A stretch of DNA of 64,000 nucleotides from Lingula anatina (lineage: Eukaryota > Animalia > Brachiopoda). Shown in pieces: positions 14,601-28,800 of the stretch (position 1 is the first letter of the stretch; every line of letters starts with the position of its first letter). The position numbers and the translations under genes are program-made. The notes below the pieces were generated by a model that saw nothing but the letters and a program-made list of their open reading frames with translations, was not told where the DNA came from and did no database searches. The stretch spans positions 62,536,788 to 62,600,787 of the forward strand of contig CM120640.1 of the NCBI GenBank assembly GCA_051362555.1, given 5' to 3'.

Positions 14601-17600
14601 CTTTAAAAACATCACTCAGAATGCTTTTTAAAATTCATAATTAATTACCAAATTGTATTATATGATGATAAAAACACTCACTTGTTCCTTAGCATATTCA
14701 AGGTTCTTTCTCCACTCTTCTACCTTCTTCTTAGCTGCAGCCAGTTCCTCCACTGCTTTCACTTGTCTGGTTTTCAATTTTGTCTCCCGGAGTCTGTCAA
14801 ATTCTTTATCATAATCATCATATTCTTCTGCAAATGAAAGGGAAATGCTAGTGCTAACTTCATGTACTAAAAATAACTTGAACATTTTAATCGAATAAGA
14901 AGTCAGAAAGGCGATTGCTTTTCCACCAATCAATTCAAAGAATATCAGGCATAACAAAATGTTTAACATTGTTTCAGAAAAACAAACTACAGAGTCTTCA
15001 ATTATCAAATTGAGTTTATACAAACAAGTGTTCATGTTACAATGCTGACTTAAGCATATACACAATACACCTGCTTTGTACAAGACACTTGCTGTGCACC
15101 AGATTATCAACAGCTGACAGCTTACCTTTCTGCAGCAGCTCCTCTTCATCCTCCTCATCTGAGGACACCTCGTTGAGCTGCAGGAAGGCACTAAGGGAGG
15201 TTGCCATACCAATCCTGGCTTTGAGCTTCTCAAGAACTGTGGCCTTCAGAGTCAATGACCTCAACAAGTTACTGGTCCTGATCTTGGCATTTTCATATTT
15301 TTCTTTGATGTTTTTGATGGCTTCCTTCATGATTTTGCCATCTTCTCTAGTGATGTCCAATGTGTACAGTACTCTCCTAAAAGATAATAATATAATCATG
15401 AAACAGGATTTCAATGTGTTGATAAATTGTGAAGTTTAAAAAAATGTTACTTAAGATTTATTACATCTAATATAATGAACTGCCCCCCATCAATAAGGCT
15501 TCAAATGTACATCAATGTGATTATTAAGAAGAAAAAGTAAATGAAATATATTTATCTTAAAGTACATCTAAGATATGCCCTATGGTTCTACTGTCCCTAT
15601 AAACAACTTACTTGAGTTGGGACACTGTCTCTGTCCTCTGTTTACATTTGGTGGAGTAAATATGTTTGAAGCAGTCCATCAGTCTTCTGTATGTAGTGGG
15701 GCCTATGAACACCTCATTCTTGGCTGGCTCATCTAAGTTCTTGTGTACAGCTCTGAAACGCCAAGTAAAGTATCAAAATATGGACTTCTATAATAAACAA
15801 AAAACAAAACAAACAAAAATCTTCAAAAATTGAGAGATCCAAGGAAATCCTTTATCCGTTTAGAGAAAAAGAACTCCTTTTGAAGATACCTGATCTGTTC
15901 AGCCATGATAGACTTGGCATATGGAAGATTAGGGAGGTTGACATTCTTATATTTGATGAGTTGCTCTCCCCTCTTCTTCTCCTGTAGGTACACCTGCACC
16001 ATAGCAATTTCTGGTGCCAGGTTTCCTGCCCACGGCATCTGCTTGCAGTCACGTAGACCAAAACTGTGGATGTTTGCCAAGCACGTAGTCAGGTTCTCAC
16101 TGAAATTTAAAAAAAATAAATAAATAAATAAAGTTATGGATTATAACAGCTGTCATTACTGAGATTTAATGAACAGATAATCATGCTGACAGCTTTTAAA
16201 AAATCAGAATTTATCTTTTCTGATTTAGTAATTTTCAAAATGTACCTTATGCAGGCTCTACTGAAAAAATACTATGAGTTACAAAAAAACTTAAACAGTA
16301 AATGAAAACATTTCAATTCAATACACACCAATTCAGACCAATTTCATATATTAAAAATAGTTAAATTGATACCCCTAAAAGCTGAACAATGTCTACCCAG
16401 ACCTACCTCAAGTCCACATTATCCTCCACCAGTTTGTTAATATTGATATAATAAGCTGCCTCTCCCATGAGAGCATCCTGAGGCCAGTCACACATCCAGT
16501 TGATCTGACACCCACTCAGCAGACCTGGGTATTGGCTGGAATTAGGTGACATAATATAAGACATAAACTCAATTAAATAATGATATGTTCTTACTGAATG
16601 CCACATGTGTATGGAACTTAAAATCTAGATATAATAGTGACCTTAGCAAATTCAAAATTTTTCAGATTTACTTGATATTTTGAGTAGCACCTTCAACTAA
16701 AGACACTTCAAGAAATCTGGAGACACTACAAGTCAAATAAAACATAATCACTTAAGGATATTAAATGCAAATACATACATGGAAGCAGTCTTCAGAAGTC
16801 TGTGGTTTGGAGGCAAGCACATTATGATATGGAGGTTACTCTTAATTCTGGACACAAAGTACTTCATAGGGTCCTGGGCCATATTAGGGAACTCCCTCTT
16901 TAGTGCTGGGCCAATGGCCTGGGTGAAACAGAAGGAGGATATCAGGACTGAGCAAATTTTACTCTCAGTGTGAAGGCAAAATTCAGACCAAAGTCCTTTA
17001 CAAACATCAAAATGCATCTATCTAATGGAATTACTGCTAGTTCTATAGGATGAATGTGTATAATTACATATAGTAATATTTCTATGATCACAGCCAAATT
17101 AAGCAAAACTGATGCTATGGAACTGCAATATAATAATAATAATAAAATCTATACTATCCAACTGTATTGTGATGGGTAAGCACTGACAGATGTAGAGTTA
17201 GATCTCACCTGTAGCAGTCCATCCAGTTCATCATTAGACAGCAAGTGAGGATATTCTCCACACACCAGTAAACTGTTGATGGCATCCAGGTACATGTCAT
17301 CATGGAGATCACGGGCCTGGAAGGGGTGAAACAAAAAAATATACAAAAGATATCTTCAGACGTTACTCTTTCTTGTAGATCCGCGTGAGCTGCACACCAA
17401 AAAAATCATCTAAAATATATTTGGTGGACAATAAACACGTCTAATGATCAATTTCTACACAGAGTATAATTCAATATTTAATCTATGTTCAACTAGTGTT
17501 CTAAAAAATATTATTAGAATGCACCAAATGATAATGACAACACCATCAACTCACAGTGAACATAAGAGATATAATCTTGCCCTCGGCTCCACTCAGTCTC

Positions 17601-20600
17601 ACTGCAGACCTAAGGCCATCAAAGAAAGTGTTCTGTTTGGAGGAGTCTACAGGGTGGATCTCTATGTCAGCCACATGGAGGGCCAGCTTGACCAGTAGGG
17701 CCAGGTGTGACCCAATGGCACCAATAAACAGAAAGTTACCACTGGAAATAAGAATATCAAATATAAAAAGATCACTAAGACAAGGAAGGTTTAGGTAAAC
17801 CCAATAATGAAAAACCAGTGACCACATGATAAACCAATTGCAATATCTTATTTCTTGCTCTACAAGAACTCTGAAAACCTTTATGTTTTAAAGACAAAAT
17901 TACATTCAATATTCTAAAAAGAGCATTCCAAAGGGAGAAAATTCCGCTCATTACATAACTTATGCATGGTAAGCAGGAAATTATAAGTTAAAATGTTTGA
18001 TCTATGATAAAATTTTAAAAATATCTCACCCATGATGGAAACTGAGCACTCTGTGCATCCTGACCACGTGTGCTATGATATGGTCAGATAACATGATGTC
18101 CAGTTGGGTGTTACCAAACTCCTCATTGTATCTGGTCAGGTGGGCAAACAGGCAGTTATGGACATCATGGAAACTCTGGATTGGCTGAAGAACAACCTGG
18201 AAACAACAGGGTCATGAAATACTGAGAATTATCAGAAAAATTTTAATAGTACAGACTGCATTGAACAACTGTAATAAAAATAGTCTACAGATAGTTTCTT
18301 TAATTTATTTGGCAAAAAATTCTTTTTAATGTTTATTTCCTATTTCTTTCCTTATTTATTCAGTTATTCATTCATAATCAGTTATACTAAAATTTTTTCA
18401 GTTATCACTGAGTGTTTGAATTATATAAATCACATAGAGATGGCATTGCATCTTGGAGTTTTAATTGCTGTGACAACTGGTGTTTTAATGATGTCAGACA
18501 GACAGTCTCAGTTCTATCTGAATACACCTTCCTGCACACCCTTGCCTACCTTGACTTGTTTCTGTGATAGAGAGGTCACTGGTCTCTGGTACACTCTGGT
18601 ATCAATGGGGAATGTCACAAAGTTCTCATACAGCTGGTCTGCCATACCTGGCCATGTCTAGGGGAAAAAAGAAAATTGTATTTTGATGTAAATGTCGACA
18701 TTGAAACTTCATTAGAAGACTGAGAAAAATCTGCTTCCTGTATTTTCCTACAATAAGTAAAAAAAATCTATCAAATCTATTAAATCAGTAACAAAATATA
18801 TCAAGTAAGACTGTTTGCAATGTGTTTCCATGAGAAATCCAAAATAATTTCAGTATGAGGAAGAAACTATAAAACTGGCACTCTCACATTCAAAGTAACA
18901 AATTGAATACGTTCCTTTTAGTTTATCACCATGTAACATTGAAACAAATAAACTGTAACAAAGTTCAAAAGTTCATCTGATGCTATCACCAACAACCAGA
19001 CTTTTCAGTTCATATCTGGGTAATTGGTAGCTTTTTGTTTTCTTTTAAAACCCACCTCATCCACCACCTTCTCCAGTGTCCCCTCTAGCCAGTTGATATC
19101 ACACTGTCTGCAGATCTTGTCTTTCATGATTCTGTTCATCTCATGTCTCCACAGAGATATCACTGTCACATCCTCTGCACGGTTCTCATCAGGGAGACGC
19201 TTCAGACACTGACAAGGATGACATGATCAGGTTATAAAATGTTTTGAAATTTCTGTTTCTCTCATTCAGTTTTATACGTACATCATTAAATCATGCTAAG
19301 AACATTACTTTTTTGCACTTAATGTGTTAAGCAAAAAATCAGACATTTTTATCAAATGTTAATGCATAATATGGGGGTTGTAACTGCATTTAAAAACAGA
19401 CTAAATGCTAGCTTTTTCCAGCATGCTTTACCTTTTTTTACTCCTATGTAAATTTTGTCCCATCAAAGATTCCCAGGTAATAAATCACAGCTGTACATTC
19501 TATTCACAATATAGAATCAAACTGTTTACAGGCTGGGCAAAGATATCTCACCTGAAAGCATGTGATCAAGTCCTTCAAAGTGAACAGGTAATGGTATCTT
19601 CCTGGCATAGGTGTGGGTCTGAGCACATCTTGGACAGCGGTCAGTGTCTTACAGGAGGCGGTCACTATGGAGTTGTGTAGTTCCTGCTCCAAAGCTGGCT
19701 TGTCTCCTGCTGTCATGTTACCCTGGGGAGGAAGAAGAACAATTCATTATTTAAATTCTGAGTTAAGCAAGATGGATTATTGCTGCTTTGAGAATGGAAA
19801 CTTTATGCACTTTCATGTACTTTAACTAACAACATTATTTAAAACAACCTACACTGAAAACTTACCCACTGATTCTAATAAAATTATCTATTCCACATTA
19901 GTTCTTCATTTAATACATCAGATACACCACCTCTGTACATTTCTTTAATCATAATAACCATGAAATATTGTAGTACATGTATAAATAGAGAAGTTTCTAT
20001 ACTATGAGCTTGGATCACCCACCTCCAGTACTCCATTCACAATTCTCTGCAGACCATCCTTCACGGGGGATGGCAGGTGGAACACAGCAAAGTGACGCTG
20101 GAAAGATAACAAGAGATAAGTTTAAACAATGGAAAGAGGCTGTTCAAGTTTAACAGTCCTCTGAATATAATCTTTTAAATGTTCCTTTTCATTGGAATGT
20201 TTTGAGGATAACCTAGAGGATGGTCTTTATGTTCATATGATAGGAGACTGTGTTTATTTATGTATTATAGAAAATATGTACCATATAAAAAAGACATTAA
20301 AAATCGATCCAAAGCATAAGAGAAAGTTTGAATCGATCCAAGTTCACAAAAAATAAAAATAACAAATAAAAACAGCAATCTGAACAAATATATATCTTAA
20401 TATCTCTTATTCCTCTCACTACCTGTCAACAGAGATACACAAGTGCATAGACCAAGATTCATTCAGTCTAAAAGAAACAGCAACTTACCATCAGCCTTTC
20501 TTCCAGTTTTCTGTTCTTGGCACTGGGATATTCACTCATAGACATAGTGGCAAAGATAATCAGGCCTTCTATGGTTCTCCATTCAAATGGCTTCTGTAGT

Positions 20601-22768
20601 GTGCAGAGAGTTCTGTCATCTAAAAGTTGTCTCAGGAGCTGAAAGAGTAATGTTGAAATTGAAAATTAAAAGCTGAATTTAACGTTACTCTCTGTAACTT
20701 AAATAAATATAACTTACTTTGTTGGTGCAATAAGTATTACATTACCACCATATATCCTGATACAATTGAATCCATAATCTGCATACCATTATCAAGAGTT
20801 ATACCACTCAATAACTTTGTAATAGAATGACTTCTATGGTTTAAGACAGTAGTTGTTTGCCTAAATTTATCAACAATGAATAACATCTCTCTTGGTAGCT
20901 TTTGTTTTCGTCAAAAAATGAATAAAGTTGCTGTTTTTTACCTCATTGCATCTCTGCACTCCCTGACTGTCAGCTACAGGCATATTGAGGTCATCAATGA
21001 AAATCTGAAGTCTTTTGTTCTCCTTGGCACCATAAACAAATCCTGAAGATAAAAATTTAATAGTAAAGACTCTTTAAAGAAAAATAAAGATTTATACGCT
21101 GTTGGCACATCACTTCATCAAGGAAGTGACAATTTCGTGTATAAAAATGATTATCAAAGACTTTATCTCTTAAAATTTTAATGTTTTTATTTGCTGAAAC
21201 TAGTTCCCATGCCCAACATTCTGAATTTTCACGTGTAGATACCCTGTCTGTGGTATATGTTAGCTTCAATAAATTGCTGTAGTTGTTTGGCTGTGGAGGC
21301 ACCAGAGTATACCAGTCTCTTCCCTATCTGAACCTGGTTGTCTGCAAGGACAAAAGACAATATAACAAGGTTTAAGCCTGCTGAAGATAATACTTCTGTC
21401 CCAAAGCCAATGAAATTTTGAACTTAAGAAATCAAACAAAATAATGTGAATGACAACTTAGTGTTGCTTCACATGAATTGGACTAATAAATAATTTCCCA
21501 TCCATATTTAGCCATTTCATTTATATTCTATAATAAACTTTTTTTTTAAACAGAAGAGTTACTTAATATTGCATTTCTATTTAAATATAAAAAAATCCTC
21601 CTCCTCACCCTGGGCATCAATGAACTCATTGACCATGGTGGTCTTGCCAGAGCCTGGAGGTCCTACTAGCAACACATTCTGTCCTGAGGCACAGGCAAAC
21701 TCCAGGAACACACGGGTGCGGATCTGTAGAAAATTATATTTTTCATAAGAATAGTATAACTCAAGTAGAAGCAGTGTCAACAGAGTAGTTTTACTCTGAT
21801 GCAAAAACTTTCAATAAAAAAATTCAAATCTAATCTGCATAGAAAGCTTCATGTACTCTGAAATCACCAGGGTCCAACTTTCTAAACATAATTAATTCAA
21901 TTAGATAGTAATTGACTTACTGTGTCCACAGTGTCCACAAACACCTGTCCCAAGATGTCCTTGTTGTCTGTGTAAATGGCCTCTGGTACCCTAGAGACCC
22001 AGGGGTCCCACTCTCCTGACTCATCTACATAGTAGTCAAATACACAGATATCACGGTCATCATCTGGGAGGCTGGAATTAACAATGGGGATTATGTTCAA
22101 AATATGCTGAAAGGTTCTGTTTTGCTATCTTGCAAATAGAATGATTTCTAGATTTCCCCTTTTGAGTGATATGATAAATTTTGGCATTTCTGTGAGCATA
22201 TTTTGGAGTAGCACAACATTACAGTCCACTTAAAACAAAATAAAAATGTGCCAATTGAATAATTCCACTGCAAAATGAGAGAATCCATAATGAGAGTCAC
22301 TGAAAAGTAACAGTAAATAAAGTGAATGGCATGAACAGGAACTTTAAGTCACCAGCCATAGCCTACATGCATTTCACCCCTTGACACCAGAAGGGGCTCA
22401 TGTTGACCAGGAGAATTAAGGCTTTTCCTAAACCATACTTACGCAGATGACAATGTCTTGACCAGATCGCTGAATCCCTTCCTGTCTCCCTTGTCCAGTA
22501 GTCCACCAAATGACCAGATCAGACAGAACAGATACAGTCTCTCTATGTGTAGTTCACCACCTATCTCAATGTTGTCTGCTAACATGGCTGACAACAGGTT
22601 GAGACAGGTCTTGAACATGCCCACTTCACTCAGTCGCATCTTGGGTCTAAAGTAAAAAGAATTTGATGAAATTAATTCAACTTCCTAAATATTTGCAATC
22701 TTTAATCAGTATCATTTTGATACATACATACATACATACATACATACATACATACATACATACATACA

Positions 22769-22804
<36 letters not shown>

Positions 22805-25800
22805 TGTATATATATATATATATGTATGTATATATATATATATAGAATGCTTCACTTAATTTCAGTATTTTTTCAAATCTGATAATCTAATCAAATGACT
22901 CAAATAGAACCATCAAAATGCATTTGAATAGGAGTACCAGAAGACTGAAAATAAAAAGATTGCTTCATTAATGTACTTACTTGGCCTCTGCCAGGACATA
23001 GTGCGACACAGCATCCACTGTCTTATCAAATGCTCTTTGTAAAACCTACAACAGATCTCTAGGTGCTTGAATGCATTTTACATGGTATACTACTGTTTTT
23101 AATAGGCAACACACTTTTTAAGTTTGTAAAATGCTCAAAAATGCATTTTTATACAATAATTACTAAAAAGACCATTTGCATTAAGTGGAAAAAACTTAAG
23201 AGACCATATAAAAAGTGATAAAAATATCCATTACTATTTTACAAATGTATTAAATAAAGTATCACTTGCTTTCATTAATATCAAACCACAATATAACTTT
23301 TTAGTTTGGGTCAAGATGCAAATCAATTTTTTACCAATACTACAAGCAGTAGGTTATATAAGAAACAGACTTTAAGCTTTTGTTGAATTAAACAGACGTG
23401 ACATATAAGTTATATTTCAAAGTGCGTAGAAAAAGTGAGGAATTATATTATGCTAAATAGAGCTAGGTAGAAGCTTCCTTTCCAATTACTACATAGTTAT
23501 TAGTAGATCACACGCTAGAAAGTCATATATGAATTGTGTTACGTTATAACCCATATAGACTAGCATACCAGTTCTCTGTCGTTGTCACCAGCAATTTTTA
23601 AAGTTAAATAACAAAACATAATCCAAGTTCTTAAAAAAATTAAATAAATAATGGATCAAAAACACACTTTTCAAATTTTAACTTAAGTTTTTTTTAAAAA
23701 AAGGATGATAATAACTTAATTTAATACATGAAAAAATAAATAATTTACCACTGGAAAAAGAAAAAAAAAAAGGTCTGAAATCAAATACAAACTTAAACAA
23801 ATTGACCACTAAATAAACATTTACATTCCAATGAAAATAAAACTGGCAGACAAGACAAATAAGGAAAACTGAAAGTTTGAAGGGGTTAATAAGGTGCAGG
23901 TTAGTAATTTTTTTTATTCTAGTGCAATAAAAGCCAAGATCACAGTCTAAAGATGGCTAATTTCAGATAGATTGATTTTGCAATTTTAAAATGTCTGAAC
24001 AAATGACTAATTAAAAAAGTGGCCAAATCTATCTTTTAGAGGAATACACTAATGTCTTATTCACCATCTTTAGACAATACAAAGAGGCAAGGAAGGGTTA
24101 ATAATAAAGTTCTGTTAAATTAGTAGGAATGAAAAGTTAAGCACAGAACCAGAAAAGTGAATGTGACACAGACATGTCAACATCACACACTGATCCAAGG
24201 AATGAAGGTGACAAGAGAGAGATGGGTGCAAGCATATTATTATACATGTGTGCCCTATGCATTATCACGTAACACGACGCACATGCACTTCCTGCTGTGT
24301 CCTGTTTTCCAGCCATGCCTTTGAGATGGGTCTCCAGCCAACGACGTCTTTGTCGACATACACAATACCCTTGGTGAAGAAACAAAATAATGACATGGAC
24401 ATGATGTATAAGTTTACAAAACTGTTAAGATACAAAATCTTAATCAAACTTGACTTAATTCTTTAATTATAAGTCTTAATTCTTTAAATTATAAATACAA
24501 TGAAACATTTGCAAAAATTCATTATTCCAGATGATCAATATCCACAAAGAAAGTTGTGCAATTATAAATCCAAAGCTGAGGAATTCTTCATGAAGTCAGA
24601 CTCACAGTCCTTGCTATAGTAGCTGGGGAAGCCTGACTGAGGTCTGAGGTCTCAAACAGAAGCTTGACGTTGTCAGACAGGAACAGACGGTCACCATTCT
24701 TCAGGTGCATTGCCTGGAACAAGTACACATTCAATGTAATATTTAGGAAACTCAACAGATATTGGCAACAACAGTTTCATGATATGCAATCTGTCATTAT
24801 TTTTGCATAGCATCTTAGTAGTTAATGTAAGTAGTTTCTTATACCCTTCATATTTTTTAAATATCTATTCTAAGAAAACAGCACATTTAATATCAATTTT
24901 CTGGTGGAGTGATTTATTTTTCATTACTGTAACAGCACAATTACTTATGAAATTTGTCTCCTGAATCAATATTTCCATACCTTGCCAATGTCCAAGACAC
25001 TGCTGAAGTTGTCTGCCCAGTTAGAATTGAGTGGGCCATCCAGACACAGCCACGTGGTGCTGAGATTCTGAAATATAAAATATAATCACAGTCAGTTCTT
25101 GGCATATATGTTTTATTTCAATACGTACCATAAAATGTTTAGAATATTTGGCATAGTATATCAAAATTACTTTTCCATTTCAAATAATCTCAGACACAAC
25201 TATGCAGAATTCACATATGTTTAGTATTTAGTTGATGGGGAAAGTGATATTTAAAACATTTTCTTTATAAAATTATGTTTACCCTGTTAGACTTCCTCAA
25301 AGCAGTGGTAAATATCCCATCCACCCAGTCCTGGTTCTGGTTGATATAACCAAACATGAGAGAGAGGTCATCCACAACCAGAGGGTTGATTCTCTGCAGC
25401 TTGTGGTTATTCTCTGCCATAGCCGTCCCCTTACTGCTGTGGGAGTGCCTGGAGAGGCCCCGTGGGGTCACACACAGGGCATCAACCAGGGTCTGGATAC
25501 AGGTGGACTTCCCACTCCCTGGGGGACCAGCTATCACTATACCTGTGGTGATTAAGTAAATAAATACATTACAAGATTTCTGTTGTACATAAAATCTGGA
25601 TCTGAAATTCATGAGAAAAGTATGACAATGGCTACAATAAAATAGTATGGTGTTACCATAAAACCAATAAAATCAAATAAATTGGAAAGATTTTTTATCA
25701 AACGTACCATGATGAATCTGTGATACATTGTAGAGCTGCATGCACTTCTCCAGCCAGCGTTTGTGTGGAATGAGACCTTCCTCTCTTGCCGTCTGCTCCA

Positions 25801-28800
25801 CAGCCATCTCAATGTCATATGACCTTGACCTTGCTGAATAACTTTGTTTGGTGGTTTCTGGGAGTCCAGAGAACACATCCTTGACAATTTGCTTGAAAAT
25901 GGTGTAGTTCTGCAATAAAAAAATTTCTCTTGTTGAAATAATCTACATTTTTTTGTCTGATTAATTTTTAAGGGTCTGTAAAACTGCATGCAATAAATAG
26001 TCCATGTGCCATTCTATTTTTGTTTTAATTAGCTGCCATTCACACTATTTAAATAATATTTGCCTCAAAACTACATTATGCATAATTCTTACTAAAAATA
26101 CAAAACCAGATTTAGATGGGGTTTAACAAAACCACCTTACTGCTAACTTTGAAAAGGACAGTAACCCCAGTCACACAGTGAACTTTCTGAAAAGTGATCT
26201 TTGACCAGAACCTACAGTAGTCAGAAATTAGGGAGGTAAATATAGTGAAAGACTGCAATCTGGCATCTGTATCTTTAAGTGTAACAAAAATATTCTTTAA
26301 TAAAATCAATCAGAGTGGTAGTAAATTCTTACATCTCCCTTGAGTCTAGGTCCTATGACCTCCAGCAGTGCCTGGCCCACCAGTGCATGCTCCTGCTTGG
26401 CTGCTGGGGTCAGAGGGTTGGGGGTACCAGCTTTCCTGGACAATGTAGTCTTGTCTGCTTGTCTCTGACCTGGAGCTGGACCTAAGAAATGAAAGACAAT
26501 TTGAGCCTAGGTTGTCTGTGTTGAATTAATTCACAGCATTTAATGGTGACACTGCTTAACACATATCGAAGAAGGTCCCTGTTTGACGCAAAGCATTGTA
26601 ACATATATAGCTTCAATATTATGTAGAAAGTGAACAGTTTTAACTTAGATCATATTTCATCATTATCAAGAATAATGACAGCATATTGTACTAAAACTGT
26701 CAATTTCATTCCGCAACACCTACTTGTCAGACTTGTTGACATCATAGTAGGCAACTGGACAGAGGCCTGGCTGTTGGACCTGGACATCTGAGTCTCTTCC
26801 TTCTTGTCCAGCCTATCAAATGACTTCTCCTCCTTGAGAGACTTCCTCTTCTGTGCTGCCCTCTGCAGGACACCAGTCAAAGCAGTCAAGCTGAACTGAT
26901 GTTGGCACTCTGGAGTCAGCAAGTCCTTAGCAAGATCTGTGATAATTTTCATCCTGGCACCTAGTATAGCAGGTGCTTTGAGGCCAGCTGAGGTGCACTT
27001 AGTTTTGAGAACTATACTGTAGTCTGGCATGACAAGTGCCACGGATCTGAATAATGCTTTCACATCCTCTGGCATGGTGAAGTTAGGGGGCGCTGTGGTA
27101 GGATTGATGGTCATGTAGATAGCAACATTCTTCTTGACATTTACCTAAAACAAAGAACATTACCAAATCTTGTAATGCTGGAAAGTTAGTTATTTTGTCT
27201 TGATATGATACTTTAGTAATTCAATTTAAAAAAGATATATAATTAAAATTGTTTTCCTAAAGTTTCCATTTTTGGTAGATGATAAAACATCTCATCAGTC
27301 AAAAGTATCCATAGTACAAACCATAAATTGCCTGTACAGCACACAGTGTGTTTCCTATGCCACAGAAGGCACAGACCTACCTCCTGTCCATCTCCAAAGT
27401 AACAGTAGTCTTTCCTGGCCTTGATGGCTCCAAATATGGCTGTCACACAGTCCAAGAATACAGAGAGAGCTTCCTTAGACACCAGCTGTGCCTCATCAAA
27501 GCAACCCCAGGAGCCATCCTAAGACAGACATTCAAGCGTAAATATTATATTAAATGTGAAAGGAATAAGAAGTATATGTATATTTGATGTTCATGTTTCA
27601 CACAATTACTCACATATTTCAGATTTTGCTGTTTTTATCATCTACTTGATATAGAAGTCATCCTAATTTCCATCCCATCTTCATCTTGAACACATAAATA
27701 AATAAATAAATATGAAAGAAAAGAATTGAAAAATAGAAAACTAAATTAAGTCAATTATCAACTCACCATGGACAATCCTTGTAACATCTTGCCTAAAGAT
27801 GATGGATCCATCTTTTCAGAACATTGGAAAATTCCAAGGAAATTTCCTAGAATCTGGGCAAGACCCTGAAATGAAAAGAAAAAACCAATCAACACAAGCT
27901 TTTACCCAAAACCAGTTCTATATTTTGTATCACATCATAACAAATCTTGATATTGCCTTCAAGAAATCAGAGAACTTTACAACCCCCCCCCCCAAAAAAA
28001 AAACATACTGAGTATTAAAAAAGCTTATTTTTGCATTAAACACATTTTTAGTGACAATTAAATTAGACTCAGGCTACCTTGCATGTCTCAGTCTTCCCCA
28101 CTCCAGTTCCCCCATGTATTGCACTCCCCTTGAACTGTGCCAGGGCCTGGGACATGCCTAGGAAGCAACGCTCATTGATGGGAGTAGGGGTGATCATCTG
28201 CTGAGCTCCATAGAATTCACAGCCATATTGATACTTGGTGTCCAGCATGTAGATGACTGGCTCTGTCTCCTCACCTGAAATAATCATAATGCAATGAACA
28301 CTGCCACATTTCTTCTTGATGTTTGTGACTTAAATACAGCAATATTATGTTTCAACAAAGAGTAAAGTACCTAAATGTTACACTGCCTAAAATCTTTTAA
28401 AGTAGATCAACAGCAAAGCTTTACTGTACTATGGTTTACTAAGCTTTTTTTAATAAAAGCATACCCTGCTTTACCAGAGAATTTATTCAAAACATAATAG
28501 GAAAACCCTATTGATCTTTTTTAATTATGTTTACCTGTGAGAGTTCAAAAAGATATGAAAAAAAAGGTGAGGTGGCCATAGATACTTACTGACTTCCTGC
28601 AGGTAACATCTGGCATTTTTCCTCCATTCAAAGTCTGTGGTCTCCCTCAGCTTTCTATTGCTCATGTAGTCTATGCTGTCTCTCAAGTACAGGCAGTACT
28701 AAAAATATGAATTTGTATTATATGTTTTATTATCATCTATACAAAGAGGTTTTTGTTTAATTCTTTTATATTATCAAATTCACTCAAACAGCGGACAACA

